The notes under the pieces are model-generated. The model was not told the DNA's origin. It did no database searches and was given only the letters and a program-made list of their open reading frames with translations. Source: an uncultured virus (IMG/VR IMGVR_UViG_3300042294_004663) (Duplodnaviria > Heunggongvirae > Uroviricota > Caudoviricetes). From it: DNA of 64,000 nucleotides. Below are positions 59,736-64,000 of the stretch, one piece after another (within the stretch, counting starts at the first letter, position 1; every line of letters begins with the position of its first letter). Location: IMG/VR virus record IMGVR_UViG_3300042294_004663, one strand, 5' to 3'. Both the position numbers and the translations under genes were made by a program.

Positions 59736-60163
59736 TACTTAATTACCGTCAATGTAAGAATAACAAGTACGGAAGCCACGAACCCTCCACCTAACCATTT
59801 AATTCCTCGTTTTAAATTATTATTTTTACGAGTAAGGTCAGTTACGTCTTTTTCAAGTCCTTTAATTACTTCATCTTGTACAGCCATAACTTTTTCATAT
59901 GTGGCTGTTTGTTCAATGTAATTTTTTTCTTTGGAAATATAAATATTGATTATGCTATCTTTGACGTCAATTTTTTCATTTAATTGCCATACCATTTTAT
60001 TAATCACTTTTAACTCAGCAATAGCAGAATCACCTCGAGTAAGGTCGATTGCAATTGAGCGTGCTTTATCGTGTGAAAAACAAATTTTATCGGTAACGGT
60101 CTGAGAAAAACTGCTCGAGCTCAGTATTAGAAGCACTAGTAAGATCTTTAATTTTGTTGCCAT
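59735..60163 (-). CDS. Secreted coiled-coil protein with a C-terminal membrane anchor (possible spanin component)
   Basis: Signal peptide ending SFS-Q, a coiled coil and a C-terminal hydrophobic helix; overlaps the upstream gene by 77 nt. Confidence 0.55.
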   Translation of the reverse strand: MATKLKILLVLLILSSSSFSQTVTDKICFSHDKARSIAIDLTRGDSAIAELKVINKMVWQLNEKIDVKDSIINIYISKEKNYIEQTATYEKVMAVQDEVIKGLEKDVTDLTRKNNNLKRGIKWLGGGFVASVLVILTLTVIK

Positions 60164-60446
60164 AATAGGTGCGTGTTGTTTGTAGCTCTTTTTCTGTATG
60201 TTTAATTTCTATATTTAACGAATCAACAATATGTTCTTGTTGGTGGAGATTATTAGTTAAAATTTTTTGACCTTCTTTTAATAAAAATATATTGTTTTTT
60301 AATCGTTCAATTTCTTGTTTTTGTTTATCATATTTATTTGTTTGTGTAGGTGTTGGTTTACACTTAACTAAAAATATAAGTAACAACAAAATTATCCCAC
60401 CTACAATAAGATGGGATAATTTCAATTTAAATGTTCTATTTTTCAT
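60087..60446 (-). CDS. Membrane-anchored coiled-coil protein (possible i-spanin)
   Basis: N-terminal TM segment (LIVGGIILLLLIFLV) followed by Cys and a coiled coil. Confidence 0.55.
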   Translation of the reverse strand: MKNRTFKLKLSHLIVGGIILLLLIFLVKCKPTPTQTNKYDKQKQEIERLKNNIFLLKEGQKILTNNLHQQEHIVDSLNIEIKHTEKELQTTRTYYGNKIKDLTSASNTELEQFFSDRYR

Positions 60447-60447
60447 A

Positions 60448-61497
60448 TTAGAACAATTTATCTATTTCTTTTTCAATGTTTAATTTATCAACATTAACTT
60501 GTTTAAGATCTTTCATTAAAGATGCTCGTTTATCTCCTTCAGCAGTTCTAATAAGTTGTGCTAATTCTCTCATTCTATCTTCAGCTGTTTTTTTATCTTT
60601 AAGAAGTTGATCTTTTTTATCAGCTTTTTTATCTAAACCTTTATTAGCTTGTGCTGATCTAGCTGCTTTTTCTTCTGGTTTTTCTTTTTCAGGTTTAGCA
60701 GGGGCTGTTTTAGGTTCAGCTTTAGGAGCTTCAGGGGCTTTTTCTGCAGCTTTAGGTTCAGCTTTAGGAGCTTCAGGGGCTTTTTCTGCAGCTTTAGGTT
60801 CAGCTTTAGGTTTTTCTACAGTTGCAGGTTCTACATCTGTTGATCCTTCACCTGAAAGTAATTTTTCAACTGCGTTGAGGGTTTGAGGGCCTCCTAATTT
60901 TTCAACATATCGTTTTACATTACCTTTATCATCAGGTTCAATGTATGAATTAATACGCTTAATTTCTTCAGCAGAATTTCCAATTTCTTTTTTATTAAGG
61001 AGATCTTTAAGTAATTTTTCATCTTCAAAAGTATCTAATTGTGCTTGAATAGCATCGTCTACTTTTAATAAAGCTGTTTTAACAGCATCTGGAGTTTTTT
61101 CAGATGTTCTAGCTTTTTTACCCGTAATGATTTGGGTAGCTGATTCTGGGTTGATGTTAGGGAATGATTTTTCAATAGCTTTGGTAGCATCAGCAACTGC
61201 TTTTCCTAGAATTCCTTTTTCTACTTTACCATCAATATAAGCAAAATCTAATGGACCCTCAATAAATGGACCTTCCATAAGAAGATCTTCATTTAATTGA
61301 TCTTCAGCAACATTTACTGGTTTTCCAGATTTTTTAGCTTGAGCTATAGCATCTTTTACAGTGTTTATGTCTGTATTTTCTGATTTAGCAATTTCTGGGG
61401 CTTCAGTTGGGAGGGTTTTTTTATCAACTACTGTTAGTTCTTTTAAAATTGCTGCGATTTCTTCACGTATAATTTCGAGTAAATAGGATTTTTTCAT
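60448..61497 (-). CDS. Hypothetical Lys/Glu/Ala-rich protein, possible internal head protein
   Basis: N-terminal LLEIIREEIAAILKE helix, a PKAE repeat linker and the late motif upstream. Confidence 0.72.
   Translation of the reverse strand: MKKSYLLEIIREEIAAILKELTVVDKKTLPTEAPEIAKSENTDINTVKDAIAQAKKSGKPVNVAEDQLNEDLLMEGPFIEGPLDFAYIDGKVEKGILGKAVADATKAIEKSFPNINPESATQIITGKKARTSEKTPDAVKTALLKVDDAIQAQLDTFEDEKLLKDLLNKKEIGNSAEEIKRINSYIEPDDKGNVKRYVEKLGGPQTLNAVEKLLSGEGSTDVEPATVEKPKAEPKAAEKAPEAPKAEPKAAEKAPEAPKAEPKTAPAKPEKEKPEEKAARSAQANKGLDKKADKKDQLLKDKKTAEDRMRELAQLIRTAEGDKRASLMKDLKQVNVDKLNIEKEIDKLF
60709..60810. repeat. Perfect 42-nt coding tandem repeat (about 2.4 copies)
   Basis: Unit tttaggttcagctttaggagcttcaggggctttttctgcagc at 60709 and 60751, with a partial copy at 60793. 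Confidence 0.9.
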
Positions 61498-61519
61498 TAT
61501 TTGATTTTATTTATAAATA

Positions 61520-62050
61520 TTAGAATCCTATTACTTGTTTAATTTTTTCAATTCTTTCCTCGGTAGTACCCGATAATATTGTATAGTTACGAAATTTAGG
61601 TTTATGTCTTAAAATTAAACTTTGAATCTCTTTATCAATTTCATTTCTATATTTTATATCAATAGTGCGAACACCATTGTCTTCTAATTCTACACCCTTA
61701 GGTGAAACATAGAAAATATAATCGTATTCACGTATTAAATGCGATACCGCATCATTTAGTGCATCGGCCATGAAGTATGGAATTGATTTAGCTAAGCGCG
61801 TAAATGCCATTACATCAATTATAGTACGATCTGTGATTATATCATCAATAAATAATTCACTTGAACGCTCAGCAAAGAAAATAATTTGACCTTTCAATGT
61901 TGAATCGGTATTCAATGGAATACCCATGTCTCGTAAATATTTTGAACGCTCAGTTCTGAATTCATATCCTGCAAATTCAGGTAATTCTTTTAAAGCATTA
62001 ACTAATGTTGTTTTACCAACTGACATTGTTCCACAAAACCCTATTTTCAT
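61520..62050 (-). CDS. NadR/AAA_28-like P-loop kinase
   Basis: GTMSVGKTT, ITDRTIID, YDYIFY and EDNGVR. Confidence 0.8.
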   Translation of the reverse strand: MKIGFCGTMSVGKTTLVNALKELPEFAGYEFRTERSKYLRDMGIPLNTDSTLKGQIIFFAERSSELFIDDIITDRTIIDVMAFTRLAKSIPYFMADALNDAVSHLIREYDYIFYVSPKGVELEDNGVRTIDIKYRNEIDKEIQSLILRHKPKFRNYTILSGTTEERIEKIKQVIGF

Positions 62051-62055
62051 AAATA

Positions 62056-62280
62056 TTATTTTTTACCCCAGTTAAAATCTCCAGTCTTAATACGCTGTAA
62101 TATATCAAGTTGCTTTTCAGTAGCCAAATTATTTTGTCTTTTAACAGAATCTATTACTCCTTGAAGAAATTTTCTTTGAGAAGGAGAATAACGATTCATA
62201 TCTAATAATTGTTGAAAATAATTAGGATTTTTTACTTCGTAAGAAGGTGTTTCTTTTAATAGATCTACTAATTTAATCAT
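62056..62280 (-). CDS. Small hypothetical protein
   Basis: Starts MIKLVDLLKE; tightly packed with its neighbours. Confidence 0.7.
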   Translation of the reverse strand: MIKLVDLLKETPSYEVKNPNYFQQLLDMNRYSPSQRKFLQGVIDSVKRQNNLATEKQLDILQRIKTGDFNWGKK

Positions 62281-62282
62281 TT

Positions 62283-63581
62283 TTATAATAAATATTCAGC
62301 AACATAAATTGCTTGTGCTCCTGATACTGTAATACCACGTGCTGATAAAGCATCACCTACAAAGTGTACATTTGGATAATCTACTAATGCTAAATTTTTA
62401 TAGTCTACTTTTACCTCAGGTGACAAATATTTTACTTCAGGAATGTACATTCCCCAATCGTCTCCAAGTGTAGGGAATACTTTTTTCATATCCATAATAA
62501 AATCCATAACATATTTGAAATAACCACCCATTGCAGGTTCTACAACATGAGTAAGTGTATCTAAACTAATTTGAGTTGAGGTTACATTATTACCTTCAGA
62601 TGTAGTTGATGGAGTACGAGATGGGCTATAATATAAACCAGTTTCGTTTGATTGTAATTTATTTACTACTTCACGTGACCAAGTAAATGGATCTTCAATA
62701 CCATTGATTTCCATCAAGATACCAAAGTTAGTCATATTGTTTCTATACGCTTCATCTTTCTTAGCGTGACCATTGTAACTATGGTCGCCATATGTTTCTT
62801 CCACAGCAACATAAGCAGCGTTATTATTTGTACAGAATGAACGTAATGAAACTCCTTCATCATCAAATTTTCTATATAATTTAAAGTCATATGAAATATC
62901 GATTAGTTTTTGGAAGTGTTCTTGTGGTGCTTCAAATCGAACACCAATTTGTACTGATTTAGGTTCGTCTGGGAGTTTATATTCGTTTGCTAATTTTTGT
63001 GCAAAGTCAATACCTGATTTACCTACAGCAAAAATAAGTTCATCATAATCAAATGTTGGAATTGTTTGATGAGTAAAAATACATTGAAATTCAAAATCAA
63101 TACTTGTAACTTTAGTTTCCCATTCAAAATTTACACCCTTCTCTACTAAATAATCGTACCAATTTTTAGCAATTTCAGATAAATAATCTGTTCCAACGTG
63201 CCATACTGGGAATAATCGTAAGCCGAAATATGGTTTAATAAATTCAGGTTCTTCAACAGGATTTGAACATTGCACTTCTTCAGGTTTAGGGTGAAAACGT
63301 TTGAAATTGGTAATCACTTGATCCATCAATTCCATTGCTTTATCCTCACCTGTATATTTTGATAATTGACCCCCAATTGCTGTATGATAAGTTAATTTAC
63401 CATCAGACCAACCTCCAGCACCAAGAAAACCTGTCATTACTTCCTCAGGTAAACGTTTGTATGGATCTTTACCCATATCAATAATTGTGATTAATTCTCC
63501 AGGATATCCATTATCAACAAGCTTTGTTGCTGCGTTTACACCTGCTACTCCTGCTCCTACTATTACAATTCTTTTATCCAT
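62283..63581 (-). CDS. FAD-dependent oxidoreductase (uncharacterised dehydrogenase family)
   Basis: IVGAGVAG, GAGGWSDGKL, HVGTD, GVRFE, RSFC, NGH, PEVKY and FVGD. Confidence 0.88.
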   Translation of the reverse strand: MDKRIVIVGAGVAGVNAATKLVDNGYPGELITIIDMGKDPYKRLPEEVMTGFLGAGGWSDGKLTYHTAIGGQLSKYTGEDKAMELMDQVITNFKRFHPKPEEVQCSNPVEEPEFIKPYFGLRLFPVWHVGTDYLSEIAKNWYDYLVEKGVNFEWETKVTSIDFEFQCIFTHQTIPTFDYDELIFAVGKSGIDFAQKLANEYKLPDEPKSVQIGVRFEAPQEHFQKLIDISYDFKLYRKFDDEGVSLRSFCTNNNAAYVAVEETYGDHSYNGHAKKDEAYRNNMTNFGILMEINGIEDPFTWSREVVNKLQSNETGLYYSPSRTPSTTSEGNNVTSTQISLDTLTHVVEPAMGGYFKYVMDFIMDMKKVFPTLGDDWGMYIPEVKYLSPEVKVDYKNLALVDYPNVHFVGDALSARGITVSGAQAIYVAEYLL

Positions 63582-64000
63582 TCTGGTTTATTATTTAATT
63601 TTTTCCAATCTAATTTTTTTATTTTAACTTTATCATTAATATAAAAATTCTTATAAGCATCTATAGTATCTTCTAATTTGAATTCGTCTGGCATACACTG
63701 AGGAGGGTTAACAAATCCGGTATCAGGGATATTAGGCTCGTTATATTGTAACCATTCAAGTACATCTTTTGTTTTATGTTTTTTACCATATCGTTTTTCA
63801 AATTCATCACATATCTCTAAACCATGTTGAATTAACCATCTATAATGTTGTATAGATTCTCTTACCCATTTAGATGAAGGATGGTTAGTATGAGATTGTT
63901 TGTACGGTGCCGTTGAACCATTCACCCAATGAGCCGTACTACACATTTGTGCACTTTCGATTTGCATTTTTCTAATATGATCATCTGCTAATTCACGTGC
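63563..64000 (-). CDS. Pyrimidine-dimer DNA glycosylase-like (DenV family) protein, 5' end truncated by the window
   Basis: The frame stays open to the edge (ARELADDHIRKMQIESAQM). Motifs YK..H.NHP...W and PPQCMPD...AY..FY..K. Confidence 0.75.
   Translation of the reverse strand, partial: ARELADDHIRKMQIESAQMCSTAHWVNGSTAPYKQSHTNHPSSKWVRESIQHYRWLIQHGLEICDEFEKRYGKKHKTKDVLEWLQYNEPNIPDTGFVNPPQCMPDEFKLEDTIDAYKNFYINDKVKIKKLDWKKLNNKPEWIKEL

Noticed and set aside
1..64000. Stop-codon reassignment, tRNA genes, introns or inteins
   Set aside because: Core genes translate full length in the standard code, and TAA, TAG and TGA are all used as stops. Intergenic gaps are short with no cloverleaf seen, and nrdA, terminase, helicase and RecA show no insertions.

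Overview
The window is a gene-dense, AT-rich 64-kb segment of a large T4-like myovirus genome, with every credible gene on the minus strand and the standard genetic code. Read in transcription order (right to left) it carries a DenV-like glycosylase, an FAD oxidoreductase, a kinase and a possible spanin pair; then terminase, portal, prohead protease, scaffold, major capsid, PhoH and neck genes. A long fibre/decoration region follows (two proline-free collagen-like proteins, LamG proteins, a YadA-like repeat fibre, TPR, SET, and a propeller-FkbM-radical SAM fusion). Next come two tail sheaths, the tube, assembly chaperones, tape measure, baseplate, and a replication block (compact PolA, SSB, RecA, 5'-3' exonuclease, helicase, nrdB, nrdA). 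A Bacteroidota host is inferred from TTG-N20-TAnnTT(T/C)A promoters, A-rich leaders without Shine-Dalgarno motifs, signal peptides ending in Gln, and two proteins with type IX secretion (T9SS) sorting domains. The most notable items are: phage-encoded T9SS cargo of both CTD types (one is a cohesin-dockerin protein in an operon with a membrane anchor and a CsgG-like lipoprotein); a probable +1/-2 frameshift in the tail chaperones; a PolA with altered steric-gate and catalytic motifs; a structured RNA leader; a late-promoter motif that is the reverse complement of the T4 one; and a possible virion glycosylation/modification system. All family calls come from motif recognition by eye, not from database searches.
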